Source of the DNA: the human T2T-CHM13v2.0 reference genome, Homo sapiens
Assembly: GCF_009914755.1 (NCBI RefSeq)
Contig: NC_060941.1
DNA length: 64,000 bases
Direction: 5' to 3' (one strand)
The notes under the pieces were generated by a model. The model made no database searches and was not told the origin of the DNA. It worked only from the letters and a program-made list of their open reading frames with translations. The position numbers and the translations under genes are program-made. Every line of letters starts with the position of its first letter. Position 1 is the first letter of the stretch. Below are positions 40,701 through 56,965 of this stretch, piece by piece.

Positions 40701-41599
40701 AGATTGGGTTTTTTGGTTAGGTGAACATATACTTGTTCCTTGTTTCCAAGTAGGGACTGAGATACCTGGTATGAGCCCCACAAAGGCCCCTGCTCCCATG
40801 CAGGAGACCCTGAACTAGCTTCCAAACACACTTCTAGATTTACCTCTTTGGTGAATCTTCTTGGATTATTCCTGCATCCCCACCCCAAAACCACTTGATT
40901 TATTCTATGCTCTTGATATGCCCAACATCTATTTTTCTTGTTTCATGTAGAACTCAGCAAATTTCACTGAGAACCAACCCTATGCTCTGTGTGTGACAGA
41001 GATGGCTTGATGGGAGCAGAGTTAACTCAGGAGCTGTGTTAGACACCAAGAATAAAAATGAAAATGAGCAATAAGCAACCACAGGTAGCTCACAGCAAAG
41101 AAGTTTGATTAGTAAACAAATATTGTCAGCACCATGGGATCCATCCAATGATAGTGTGCTCTGGGTGCTTCATTTTTCCAAGGAAAGTGGTTGTCCTTGG
41201 AACAACCTGCAGGGTTACAGAAGTCATCACAGATGACGGCGCATCTGGACCAGGCTTTGAAGCTAAGATGAGGGCAGACATTCCTGGGCAAAGGTACTCA
41301 CCTATACAAGGACATTTAAGGAGGAATCCGTGTCATAATTTAAGAGAATTGTTAGCTGTTGGGTACTGTTGGAGTGAGAGTTTTCACAGTTTTTTGGCTT
41401 TTTTTGTTTGTTTGTTTTTATGGCAAAAGAATGGATTGGAAACTCAAGATGTGGGCAGGGTCCATGTCAGAGGGAACATTGTGAGCCACACTAAGTGGCT
41501 TGTACCATAGGCATGGGCAACAGAGGGGATGGGGATGAGGAATTTCAGTCAGGAGAGTGATAAGATATATAACAAAACAGAAATTCTGATTGCAATCAT

Positions 41600-41840
41600 T
41601 GCTAACATTTACTGAGTGCTTTCTTATGTGCCGATACTGGTGCTAAGCAATTTACCAGATAACCTCATTTACTCTCCACCCAGTAAGATAAGTACTATTA
41701 GTATCCCCAGGTTCACAGTTGAGGAAACTTAGATCCAGGCAGATTATGTAACTAGCTCAAGGTCATACAGCTAATATGTGGTGAAGCCAGGATTCTAATC
41801 AGAGAGGTCCGCCCCAGAGCCCATGCCCTTAGCCATGATG
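41600..41840 (-). mobile_element. MIR
   Basis: 'gctaacatttactgagtgct...gaggaaact...caaggtcatacagcta...aagccaggattc'. Confidence 0.8.
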
Positions 41841-42646
41841 CTAATGCTAAAATTCCCTCTCATTGCTTATGTAATGAGATGTGTAATGAGATACATTACT
41901 TTGCGACTATGCTTTAGAACATTCCATATGAGGAGGTAAGGAAGAGGGGGTTGCAGAGCGTTTTGTACAAAAGGAGTTTTCAATAAATACATCGGACCAA
42001 GGGAGAAATCGCATAATAAAGAAATATGGGATTTTAGATGGCTAAAATTAAAACACTTTAAAGAAAACATGCTCAACTCCCCATATTCCCAGGGAAGAAA
42101 CTGAGGCTCAGAGAAAGGGTCACACAGAGAGTTGATGGCAGGGTCAACCTCTGGGGCCTGACTCTGATATTTTTCTTACACTATCAGGGCAATTTAGCAG
42201 TCTTCATAGTCTATTCCTACATAGCACTATCTTTCCGAGGTCCTGGCAAATTGTACTCGCTCTCTGGAAGGACAAGAACAACTTTGTTCTTTTTCTTTTT
42301 AAACAGCAGAGGTCCCAGAAACAAAGCCAGGATTGGCCCCGAGAAACTTGATGTGCACACTGCAAAGTCTGAGACAACAGAGAGTTAGTCGAAGGAAAAG
42401 CAAAAACTCTCCCCAAAGCCATCATTATGGGGAGGATTTTGACCACAAAAGAAGAAAAGAGTAACAGTTCAAATAAAGAACTCCAGTCCAAGTCCCCAAA
42501 TCCCAAAGTGAGATCCAGTGAGTCTGCCCTGAACAGAAACTGCTTACCCTCCCTGGTCAAGGTAAAAGCCAAGGAGATAGGCACCCAGGCTTCCCATAGG
42601 GAAAACTGAGTTGGAACTCTGCACCCACCCAAGCCATGTCTCCATC

Positions 42647-42671
42647 ACACACACACACACACACACACACA
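42647..42671. repeat. (CA)n microsatellite
   Basis: ~12 CA units. Confidence 0.9.
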
Positions 42672-43206
42672 TGCACGTCATCTTCCCTCATCACCCCACA
42701 GGGTGCCCAGGACTTTTCTAGTGTCTGCAAATGGAAACATATTAAAGGTGCAAGACATTTAGAATAATGCAAATGCCTAGAAAGGGCACACAATGTGGGC
42801 TTCTTTCTCCTCCCTTGACATATTGTGACTAAGTTGGTTAAATGTCTGCTCTGTGCTCTGTCTGAAAGGGTAGCCAGTGGTGTGGTGTAGAGGAAAGAGC
42901 ACTGGATTGGGATCCATAAGGTTCTGATCCTCTTAGCATTTGCTGTGCTTCCTATTTCCACTTTCTGAGCCTCAGTTTGCTGATCTGAAAAAAACAAATA
43001 AACAAACCAAAAACAGTCTTTCCAGTTCTAGGAGCTGATTAAAATGGAGCAGCCTCTTCACTGCCCCCTCCCAACAAACACCTATTGCCCCCTGCCTTTG
43101 CTCCTACTGTTCCTCCTACTGGAAATGCCCTCCCACCTCCCCTCCACCAATTCAAATCAAAGCCCAGTTTTCTCCAAGAACCTTTCCCTAATTATCCCCA
43201 CAACTA

Positions 43207-44115
<909 letters not shown>

Positions 44116-46654
44116 ATGTATAGCACTTTTTAACAACCTGCTCCAGCCATGTTGGATGCCTTGCTTCCTCTTTGCCTTCTGCCATGATTGGAAGCTTCCT
44201 AAGGCCTTTCCAGAAGCAGAAGCCACAACGCTTCCTGTAGGGCCTGCAGAACCATGAGCCAATTAAACCTCTTTTCTTTATAAATTACCCAGTCTCAGGT
44301 ATTTATTTATAACAGTGTGAGAACACACTAAAACAGACAGCGAGCTTCTCCAGGGCTATAACCCCATACCAGTGCCTTTTCCATTGTAGAACCTGTGCCC
44401 TGGGGTGTACCTGTACTTAGTAAGTGTCTGGATCATGCCACCCTCCCCCTCAACCCCCTCTGTTGGGTGAGGTTCAGGCTCCACGCTGTCTGCAGGATAG
44501 TGTCATTCATTTTCTCAGCAAATATTCACTGAACACTTACTATGTGCTAGATGGTGGTAGGTACGGGAGATGCAACAATGAATCAGTCACAGCCCCTGAC
44601 TTCAAAGACCTCTCAGGCTGACATTCAAGGTCATTTACATTTGGTCCAGTCTCACCTCTCAGTATTCTCCTTCTCAAACCTCCTCTAGCTCAGGATGGTT
44701 CTTCTATCCCTCCTTGATTTTACTCATGCTAAATCCTTTGCTGGGAACCCCTCTCCACTCTTCACCATCTTCATAAATCCTAAAGTATGAAGAAGAGAAA
44801 GAAAAGAAAAGAGAGAGAGAAGAGGAAGTGGAAGAGGAGAAAGGATTATCAGAAAATATAAATCCAGCCCAACCTTCAAGGGTATAGAGAAACCCTGAAG
44901 TTTCCTATACCAAACTCTATCCTGTTGGTTAGTATCTAGATGCCTACTGTCTAGTGAGAAGGTCAGTGTTGGGGTCGCCTAAAGGTGAAGTCCAGGCAAC
45001 TTCCCATTCATCCTGGAGATGACCCCCTGCCCTTACCATGCACACTCATCCTTCCTCCTGGTTCACCCTTCAGCCACTCAGGCTGCTAACTTACTCCTTG
45101 TGCCTTTCTGGAGGCAGTAAGCCAGAATGCCCAGGTGAATGGCTGGCTGAGCCAGTAAGTAACAGACAAACCTACCATACCTGGTATTTTTCCCTAATTG
45201 GATTAAGAACAAAATATAACTTCCCTTTGTTTCCTCCTAATGCACGCTACAGATCAGTGCTCCTAATAATTAGACCCCAGCACTTCCTATGCAGGAACAC
45301 AGGGAGGCCAGTGGGCTGCATCTGGAGACACATCCCCTCTCTTTGGCCCAGCACTCAGCCCCTGTTCCTAACCACTGCCCAGCCCTGTATCTACGGCATG
45401 TTCTCATGAGAAGGTAAGAATGAAGGCTCAAACTGCAGGGGACAGAAGAGAGGCATCAGGCCTTTCTTTGTGGAGCATTCACTTCCCTTGACCTGCACTC
45501 ACGTCCCTGAGCTCTTGGAAGGGAAGACATCGTGCTGGGGCATATAGACTCGAGTAGCTCTTGGCCATAGGGGTAGAGGATACCACCCACACTCCCTACA
45601 GATTAATCCTCCTCTCTCCCCTGATTCCCAGCCAAACTTCATCCATAGCCACCAATACACTCTGATGAGGGAGGTTGGATCTAAATCCTTCTCCGTTTGA
45701 TTAGGAGTTCCTGATGGAAAAGAACGATGGCTCTGCAAATAACTGCAAGCCCCCGTAGGACCCAGGCCAAGACTCCTCATGTCTTCAGATTGGGGCTTCT
45801 GTGAGTGGAGGCCTTTATCCCTTTTTCGGGCTGGAGCACCCACACAACAGGGCACTTCCTCCCCCATCAGATTGGGAGTTCTGTCGGGAAAAGGTCTATT
45901 CTCCCTCACCGGCTGGAGGCTTCCCCAGAACAAGGCCTACTAGATTTGGTTAAACAGGTATTTGCTTAACTCCTACTGTGTGCTGATGTGCTGGATACTT
46001 CCCTGAACAAAGACTGAGACCTGGTCCTGGCCACAAGGAGGTGACAATGCAGAGGAGGAGACATGGCACCCTGCATAAGACCAGCAGCTGAGGTCGGGGC
46101 TCAGCTCTTCCCATCCTGACAGCCATCCGAAGGAAATAACTAAGAGATGGATGCATCCAGAACAGGGAAGCAGGGTCTGGCCCCTTTCTGCACTGGCTGG
46201 GCAAATCCTGTGACCTTAGTTTTTTAAACCATAAAATAGAAATGGCAGAGCCTGCTTCATAAGAGTCTTGTGAGGCTCCTGCAAAACAACAGGTAAAGCC
46301 AGGGGGTTGGGTGCTGACACAAGCTTGAGGGGCTGGGGAGGAGCCCTGGCTTGCAGCATGTGTCCATTTCCTTGATTTCAACACTCCCCTCAAGACTTGT
46401 TTCAAGATACAAATATGATGTCCCTGAAATGGGAGCAGGGAAGAGATGTGCCAAATTGGCTTTCAGGAGCTGGTGTGAGCCGGCCCCAGCACATCGCTCC
46501 TTAGAACATACTATATGCTCAGGAAATGGTAAGCTCCTATTAGTACCTGATCAGGCCATACCTAGCCCCCTATTTTTTCAAATGTCTGAGCATCACCCTT
46601 AAATGGGATATGAACAAGCTGCAGCATTTTGGAGAAGGATGACCTAAGGATGGA

Positions 46655-47050
46655 ACAGTAGACTGGCTATTCCCCAAACCGTGTCCCATTTCCTCTTGGG
46701 CACACCACCAGACTCTATTTGCAGCCTCTCTTGCAGGTAGGGCAGCCATGTGACTGAGCGCTGGCCAAAGGAATGTGGGCAAGTATGACGTGCGTCCCTT
46801 CCAGACACAACCCATAAAAACCTCCCAGGCAGCCTTCAGGTTCTCTCTTCCCCATGCACTGTCTAAATGGAGAGGAAAGAGCTCCAAGATGGAAGGAAAC
46901 AGGGATGTGGGATTACTGCACAGAAGGTTGCCCACTGAATACCTGCACTGGACAAATACGTGAGTGACACATCAACTACTGGTAATTAAACCACTGAGAT
47001 TTGCAGACAGGGTCTTTCTTACAGCAGTTGGCTTATCCCAACTAATACAG
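46655..47050 (+). mobile_element. MLT1 (I/J-like) LTR
   Basis: 'gcagcctctcttgcaggtagggcagccatgtgactgag...ggccaaaggaatgtgggc...aaaccactgagattt...ctaataca'. Confidence 0.8.
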
Positions 47051-47472
47051 GTTAGCTCACAACCTCACCACATGACAAACAGCTGAGGAACTGTTGCCCT
47101 GTAGAGGAGGAGGTTCAGCAGAGAACATTGTACACTGTCCTTAAATACTTTATCCATCATCTTAGAGCAGAGTTGACCCAAGTGACATGAGACAGCAGCT
47201 CTAGGACCAGTGGCAGGAAATTCCCAGGGATGCAGATTACAGCTCCACACACAGGAAGGTAATGTTAACAGAGGCACAACAGGTGACCTTAAGAGACAGC
47301 AAGCTTCTACTCCTGGCTGTGCAAACAGGTGAGAATGTTGCAGAAGCCACATGAGCATCAGCTAGCAGCTTGACATCAGTGACATAACGCAAAAACATTC
47401 TCAAGACCTTAGATTCTGTGATCTTATGATCTGTCATCCCCAACTAGGATGCTGCCTCCTCCATCAGTCTAA

Positions 47473-47773
<301 letters not shown>

Positions 47774-48649
47774 ACTAACTTTTTTTCAGAATCTGCCCTA
47801 GCTGCCCCTGGCCTCAGCACCCGTTAAGAGCCCCATGTTCAAATGTGGGGGCCAGGCTTAGTGTTTAGGGAAGACATGGCTACTGGGGAAAGCTGGATTT
47901 GAGTCCCCAGATCCTACATTCCTGAGCAAGAATACACGGAGAAGTCTAAGTAGCAGAGAGGCAGAGGGAGGGGATTGATCTGAAAAATAATTTGTGGTGG
48001 AGGAGAGGAGGGCTGGCTGTTCCCATGTCCGGCAAAAGCAGTGATCTTCAGTTCTCTCAGCATTATCCAAGGATGAAGGCTCAGCAAGAGAGGCCTTGGC
48101 TCATCTCTCTGGAGGCCTTCTGACATGACAGTCTGGTCTGTGTTCTATCAACATAGGCACCTGTGCACATGCACGAACACACACGAACGCACACACACAA
48201 ACCTTTTCACCTCTGTCCTGGCCTCCAGAGAGAGGCCTGCTATCTCCTCAAATATTTCCCAAAGCTAAGCTCCCAAAAGCACCCCGAGGTTTCCAGAAAA
48301 TCTGGGGGCTGGGCCTGGGGAAGTGGCAGGGAAAATCCACAGAGAAGAAGGCTTCAGGGCATTTTCCTGTAAGAGTCATTAAGACATATTAAATTCTGAC
48401 GCTTCCTCCCCCTGCCTATGCCAGCTTCACCTCCACGCAGGCCTCCCCATCGCCACGTACAGAACATTAGGGCTAAATTGAATTAGAATAATTAACTTTT
48501 GGTCACACTTTTAATTTGGTGCAGGAAATAAGAGAGCTAATGGAGATTAAGCAAGGCTCTGACTCCAGAGACCAGCCTGGAAGCTGCACGGGGAGGCCCT
48601 GGCTCTGGAGTGGGGGAAAATAAACAGCCAGAGAAAAGAGGCTGAGGCA

Positions 48650-48850
48650 GATGTGTGCTGTGTGAACTGGCAGGTATGTGCATGTTTGTTGATGCCTGTA
48701 TTTGTGCTTGTGTGTGTGTGCCCTTATATATGAAAACATGCTCTGTAGCATGTAGGTAAACATGTGCATGTACACACGTGTCTGAAGGTTTGTACACATG
48801 AATGTCTCTTTGTACATGTGTGAGTAGGAGTGTGCGTGGGTGTACACACA
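48650..48850. repeat. Degenerate TG/CA low-complexity repeat
   Basis: Alternating purine-pyrimidine text. Confidence 0.8.
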
Positions 48851-48889
48851 TTGCTTTAAACCCTGGGCAAGTAAAACTCCTTGATTTTT

Positions 48890-49260
48890 ATAGAATCCTA
48901 GCAGCTCTGACTTAGAAGCCACCTTCATAAATATCTTCAAACCCAGTGTCTCCCCACCTGCAGCTAGAATCTCTTCTACAACATTTTCCCCAGGAGAGCA
49001 CACAACATCTGCCCACACTCCTACACTGATGGGGCATTCACTACCATGGAAGACACCCTGTGGAGCTCTGATTGTTAGAAGCACTTCCTTCCTGCAACAT
49101 TCACCCAGAGCCCTAGATCCAACTCCAGGATCACACAGAACAAGCCCAATCTCTCCCCATGGCATCCCCTGAAGATGATGACTGTTCCCTTCTTCATAGT
49201 CTCTTCTCTGGGTTAGAACTCCCCCAATTGTCTTCTAGGACTTCACATGACATGTGACAT
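48890..49260 (-). mobile_element. L3/CR1 fragment
   Basis: 'gaatctcttctacaacat...actgatggggcattcactacc...agctctgattgttagaag...acacagaacaagcccaatc'. Confidence 0.65.
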
Positions 49261-49359
49261 TGGCACACAGCACCCAACACCCAATCACATGCCAAGCATG
49301 AAGAGTCCAGCTGGGATGGCACTCATGCCAGTGGGTGCTTAAGGATCATCTGCTCAGGC

Positions 49360-49835
49360 CATAGTCAACTCAAACTTCACATGCATCAGAACATCCGGTG
49401 TGATTTTTGAAAATGTAGATTCCAGCCAGGCGCGGTAGCTCACGCCTGTAATCCCAGCACTTTGGGAGGCCGAGGCGGGCGGATCACAAGGTCAAGAGAT
49501 AGAGATTATCCTGGCTAACATGGTGAAACCTCATCTCTACTAAAAATACAAAAAAATTAGCCAGGTGTGGTGACAGGCACCTGTAGTCCCAGCTACTCAG
49601 GAGGCTGAGGCAGGAGAATGGCATGAACCCAGGAGGCGGAAGTTGCAGTGAGCCGAGATCACACCACTGCACTCCAGTCTGGGCGACAGAGCAAGACTCC
49701 GTCTCAAAAAAAAAAGTAGATACCCAGGCGCTTCTCCAGGAGCTCTGATTCCAAAGGTCTGTAAAGGGCACTGGTCCTCGACATTTTAAACAAGCAGCCA
49801 GATGGTTCTGATGCAGGAGCCTATGAACCATTATT
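49360..49835. mobile_element. MER5 element split by an Alu
   Basis: 'ctcaaacttcacatgcatcagaa...aaaatgtagattcc' and 'cattttaaacaagcagccagatggttctgatgcag'. Confidence 0.7.
49424..49715 (+). mobile_element. AluY/Sc8-like
   Basis: 'atcctggctaaca', 'gaatggcatgaacc'; decayed TSD aaaatgtagat/aaaaagtagat. Confidence 0.95.
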
Positions 49836-52204
49836 TGCCATGGTCCCATGGTCTCATTTTACAGATAAGGAGACTGAGGCCCACAGAGAGGAAGAGATGT
49901 TCAGAGTAAGTTAGAACCTAAGCCAGAGCTGCATCCTGTCTTCTACTCCCTGGTGCTTGTTCCTAACACCAACCCCAGGATGGATAAACAGAGACTTCAT
50001 CCCTGCAAGCCCACATTCCCCTGGGGGAGCCCATCCCCACCACCACCACAGAGACAGGCCCAGATCTAAAAGAGAAGCATCCTTCCGCAAACCCTACATT
50101 TCCATCTGGTCCCACAATTATCTCTGGCCAGGGTGTCAGGAAGAAAGAGACAGGGATCCGCAGCCCTGTGTCTGCTAAATAAAGTGTCCTGCACCCTGGA
50201 GGAGCTGAGATTCATGGAGGTCACTGCTACGTTGGAGGGAAATTCCCATCAGTATATGAGAAGCAGATTGGGGTCAGGACCCCAATGAGGATGCCAAGGT
50301 GTGGGGAAGGAGCCAGGTGAGAGAAGGCCAGTCTGGAGTTTCCAGTGCAAGAAGCCTAGACCTGCAGGGTCCGGTGTCAGCCAAGGCCTCATCCCCGCTG
50401 AATCCGTTACCTCCCAGAGGGCCTGGCCACATGCATTGGCCACACTGACCTGCTGCCATCCACCCAGGGGCCCTGATGACCTCTAGTCATAAATGGGGAC
50501 TGAAGAGGAGAGGTGAGGCCTCAGATCACATAGCTTTTCAGTCCAGGCTCCCAGCTCCCAGTCTGTGTCCTTTACAGTGCACCACCCTCATGCCTTGTGC
50601 AAGAAGCCAGCACCAATGGGAATTGTCACAGGAGGCTAGACGATGAAGACAGACAAATAACAAGCCTAATGTCAGACCAGATCTGCTCCCAACAAAGTCA
50701 GGATAAAATCAAAGTCCCAGAGACCAGGACAGGAAAAACTGTGTTTCACCACCAGTGACCTTCCTCATTACCTGCAATCATTGTCTCCCTGTCCTGGTCC
50801 CCAAGGCTCCTCTCACTTTCTAGGATTAAGCGAGAGTAGGCAGGCATCTGCAAAATTCAGAGCCCTGTGGGTACTGAACACAGGAGAATAGAACAGAAGA
50901 AAAGGAAATTTTGCTTCTTTTGAGCTTGCTTCCTGATTTCATTCGACCTGAGGTCTGATTTCTCTTAAGCCAATGCATTCCATTTCCAAGGCTGTTTTGA
51001 AGGTGAGATTCCCCAGAGGGAAAGTGAGGCATCCCTGACTGCTTCTGGAGTCACTCGCTGTCATGATCACTCACCACCAACACCATTTTCTCCCCAGCCT
51101 TGGCCCCCCAGCCCTCTGCTTAAAATGTGTCTAGCGCTAGAGAGCTGGGAGCAGTGGGGCTCTGATGAAACAGTGAGCGAAGAGTGAAACGAGGGAGGGG
51201 ACAGCAGGCTCCAGCCCCCTCCCCACCCCACTGCAACAGCAGGGGTAGAGGGCCGGGCTGGGTAGGTCTGTCTATCTCTCCAGCTGCTGGGAAGGGTGCA
51301 AGTGACGAGGGCAACGAGGGATCCCTGCCCCACCTATGGGAACCGGTTGGTGGCTTGGCGGGAGTGGGTCCAGGTGGGAAATGGGTGCTGGTGTTTCTGA
51401 CCAAGTTCCACCCTCACTGAGTTCTTGGGAACAAACGGCTCATTTCTCAGGGTCTCACGTCCCTAGTTTTCTCCCCGGCCCTCTCTCTGGTGAATGTAGG
51501 GGAGGAAGATGAGAAGTGGACAAGAGACATCAAGGAATTGTAACTATCTTAAGGTCAGAAGGACAGGGTGCAGGCGCTGCCTGCAGCTCACTACGCACAT
51601 GGCCCTGGACGGGTCCACTTGTCCTTGGAGCCAGTATTCCCTGTAGGTGTAGTGGTGGCTTATTGCTGACCCTTGCATGGCCTGATGCCTCACATTCTAT
51701 TCCCCATCCACTGGCATCTTTCATTCCTTCCCTGCTTCCTGTCTTTGCCCCATGATGAACGTTGAAGTAAAATCCTGAGTGCTAGAAAAGGCATGTGCTC
51801 GGGACACTGACTTCTCCAGTGATCAGGGGAGGCCCCTGAGAAAGCAACTTGGTATCTGAAACCTGAAAGGTGAGTGGGCTTGCTCCAGAAAGAGGATTGC
51901 AGAGGAGTGTTCCAGGCGGAAGAAATAGCTTATTCAAAGCCTTGAGGCAGGAAATGGCTTGACTCATTTTCTCAAGCACTAAAGAGAGCCCCCAGGGTGG
52001 GGACTCTGCAGATGGGGCCAAAGGGTCAGGCCTCTGCCTGCTGGTGCAGGTCCTTGAATGTGGTAGTAAGGGTTTTGAATTTTATCCTGAGAGTGGCTGG
52101 AAGTGACTGAAGGGTTTCAAACAGGGAGAAACTGGAGAAGATTTGCATCTTTAATAGCCCACTCTAGCTGCAGCCTGAAGAACGCAGACACAGCAGACCT
52201 GTTA

Positions 52205-52540
<336 letters not shown>

Positions 52541-53149
52541 AGGAAGCCATGAGAACAGTCCTGGAGAGAGACAATGCCAGCTCAGACCCTGGTGGTGGTG
52601 GTGGAGGGAACAAAGAGGAATGGAGGGAACCAAGATGCTATATCCTTAGGAGGAACCAACAGGCCCTGGAATTTCCTAGATGCGGGAATAAGGAGAGGGT
52701 ACCTGGGGAGACATCAGGCCCAGAAGCGCACATGGGGGTTGCACAAGCAGGCAGCGTCTGTTTGGACACCAAAGCTCCCACTTTCTGCATAAGCTCAGTC
52801 AAGCTCCTTAATTAACTACTGTGAGTCTCGGGGGCCTTGTCTATAAAAAGGGGAAAATGCCTTCTAAGCTGGTGTGATGATTTAAATTAAATTGTATTGG
52901 TATGAACAGTGCTCAGCACCTAATATGTATTTAACAAAATTGCTTTCCTTGCCCTCCCTCCTATGTCTAGCTCAGAAGCTTGCCTTGCAAGTTCAGCCCT
53001 TTCTTCCCTCTGGGGCGTACAGTGTGGCAGTGAAGGTCACCCATCCCCATGACCCCCTTACCTCCTACTAAATACAACTCTATGCCAGAGCAGGTACTGA
53101 GCTTTTTCATCTTGCCACCTCATGGAACTTCACTAATGTTGAAAAATGC

Positions 53150-53760
53150 ATCTCCCTGCTCCGGTTCTTGCCCCCTTCACACTAGGCTCCACCCAGCCAT
53201 CAGAGCCATGGTGTTAAGATGTAAGGTCATGGCACTGCTCTGCTCCAAACCCCCACAGCGGTCTCACTCAGGGTAAAAGCCAGAGTCAGAGCAATGGTCC
53301 ACAGGGCCTTGCCTGCTGTGCTTCTTGTCTCTCTGTCCCTGTCACCTCCCACTCTCCCCTGCATCCTTTCTCCCCTAGCCACACCAGCCTCTCTGCTGTC
53401 CCTCACTCCTGCAGGCCTGCTCCTGCCTCAGGGACTTTGCACATGTACAGATACTCATATGGCTTCCTCCCCGCCTTCAGTTCTTTACTCAGACGTCATC
53501 TGCTAGGTAAGGCCTTCCCCAGCTGTCATCTTCAAATTGCACTGCAGATACCCCAACCCCTTTCTGTACTTTACTTCTTTCTCAACAACACTCATCCTCA
53601 TTAATAATGCTGTATATCTTATTTATTTAGTTTTTTGTCTCTGCCCTCTAAAATGAAAAGTCCTTGAGAGCAGAGATTTTTATCCATTTGGTTCACTGTC
53701 ATATTCCTCAATACTTAGTGCGGTTGCCTGACACATATTGAACATTTGAAAAATGAATAA
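53150..53760 (+). mobile_element. L2 3' portion
   Basis: 'ctctgctccaaacc...tctcccctagccacaccagcctc...cctcagggactttgcac...ccttgagagcagagattttt...gcctgacacat'. Confidence 0.8.
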
Positions 53761-53866
53761 GAGGGAGAGAGAAAGGGAGGGACGGAGAGAGGAAGTGTCT
53801 TCTTCTTAAAGTCCCTAGTTGCTATCAGAAGCACTGGGCATCTCATTTCATATAAGAGCAGGTGTC

Positions 53867-54209
<343 letters not shown>

Positions 54210-54712
54210 TTAATTCTGAGCATTCAATGCTCAAAACTAACTGCAGTGAGCATTCTGACTCACAGAGTGGAGGAGGCAAGTTTCCAACCAGGGGCAAGAT
54301 TTATACCGGGCTGGCATAAATCACAAATTTGCTGTACTTCCCGAGTGACCTCCACCGCCACCCCAGCATGAGAAGATATACTAGACACAGAATCCAGAGC
54401 ATCTTAGCATGTCCCTGGCTCCTGGGGCCACTCAATGAAGGTGCTCAGTGCCATTAAGATGCACAGAGCAACGTCAACCTTGCTAGTGAGGCCAGTCCGG
54501 GTGCAAACACCATCCTGCCTTTGGCTGGCTCAGCGGGCTCTGGATTTTACTGTATCTCACTGACCTTCCACTTTCCTGCCTTTAAAATGTAGGTGATAAT
54601 AGTCACTGTGCATTCTACCCCACAGTGTTTTGGCAAAGCTCAAGTGTGTATGAAAACATAAACTTCTACACAATTATTTTTCTAGTCCCCTTTAATCTCT
54701 AAATTTTGCTAA

Positions 54713-55500
<788 letters not shown>

Positions 55501-56095
55501 AATTGCTTCTTGTCTCTGCAGATCGCTGTGAGGATTTATGTAACACACAGACAGGGGTGGCAGTAGCCAATTTGAAAGGCTGCTGGCGGACATAAGAACT
55601 TAATGCTACACCAGTCTTCAGGAAAATGAGCTGCGATCCCCCCAAAGCCTCCTATGCTCAGCGCAGCCCAGACCATCTTCCTCCTGCTCCTGAAAAAGAG
55701 AGAGGCAACTCTTTAGACAGACCCCTCTTGTGCCCCTGCTGTGTTCAGAGAGCTTTGCATCACAGCATTTGAAAGGTCTGACCCTCCTAGGGAGTCAGAT
55801 TCACAACAAAGCTCCACTTCTGACAGAGATAAAACTGGGCCTGTAGTCAAGATACCTGGGATCTCACCCCCACTTGATTGGAGGCCTCGGGTAGATCAGG
55901 ACCCCATTCTGGGCCTCTGTTTCCCCATCTAGAAAATGGCTCCAGCACTCTAGGATTCTAAGAAACCTGGGACATCCTGCTGTAGGGGAATGAAGGGACC
56001 CTATATCACACCTGGCAAAACCGGTCAGTGCTTCAACAGACAGAGGCATTGGGGCTGATAGAATAACACAGACACAGAGAGAAGGTGCTGAGAGA

Positions 56096-56106
56096 ATGAC
56101 TCAGCA
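56096..56106 (+). promoter_or_regulatory. Consensus NF-E2/NRF2/BACH (ARE) motif ATGACTCAGCA
   Basis: Exact match to RTGACTCAGCA; function unknown. Confidence 0.35.
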
Positions 56107-56599
56107 GCCAGAGGGGTGGAGAGTGGACTCCATGAGCAGAGACAACAAGGAAAGCCCTCTCCCTTCCCTGTGTCTGGGGCCTGCTTCCTGTTCCTACGCA
56201 CATGGCATGTGCCAGTGCCACCCAGCTAACCAGGTTTGGTGTGGGTCATGAGTGCCTCTGGTCGTTTCTCAGACAGCAGCAGCCAGAGACAAAGTAGGAA
56301 GGGTGGGGAGTGCACGGGCACCTGAAGGAAGGCAGTGGGGAGAAATAAACATTGATTGAGCATCTGCTCTGTGGCTTGCTCTGAGCAAAGTGCCAGAACT
56401 GAGCCCTGCTCAGAGCAGTTAAATAACCTGGCTGAGATTGAAGCCCACGCCTGCTAGGCCCCCAAAAACTGTGCTTTTTCTGCAGCCATGAGGACTTTTA
56501 AAGAGAGAGAGAAACCTCCAAAAAGGAGAGAAGAGGCACCTTGCAAGCACACTTTGCCTACTGTACATGTCCCCAGCCATCATCCTCCATGAAGAAAGG

Positions 56600-56965
56600 C
56601 TGGGTAGGTGGAATTGCTTGGTCTGCAAAAGAGAATCTGGGAAGTATTTTCAGGGAAGCACTCAATTTCTGTTTGCAGGTGCTTGAAGGGTTTACATCAG
56701 GGAGGCAAAAAAAAAAGTGTCACCTAGTTCCAGAAAATAGAGGCAATGGACTCAGACCAGCAAGAGAAACTTGGAGCAGTTTCAAGGAAGGATTACCTGC
56801 GTGTCAAAGAACTGGTACAGGCTTGAGTTCACCCTTGAAAGTTACCTAAGTAAAAGAGATCTTTTACTCTTGGTACTTTTTCAAAAGATCAAAATCCTCT
56901 GGAAAGGTGCTAACTTGTGTGGACACAGAGGATTGAGCCAAATGACATGTTGGAGGCTCCTACAA
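56600..56965 (+). mobile_element. L3/CR1-like fragment
   Basis: 'ggtgcttgaagggtttaca...ttccagaaaatagaggcaatgg...ggattgagccaaatgac'. Confidence 0.45.

Noticed and set aside
41126-41137. REST/RE1-like TCAGCACCATGG
   Set aside because: The right half-site (ACAGCGCC) is missing.
48503-49165. 220-aa ORF
   Set aside because: Runs through a TG/CA low-complexity tract and an L3 fragment.
56377-56417. 11-bp stem TGCTCTGAGCA/TGCTCAGAGCA as a miRNA hairpin
   Set aside because: The stem is too short for a pre-miRNA; the same applies to the 8-bp stem near 61816-61838.
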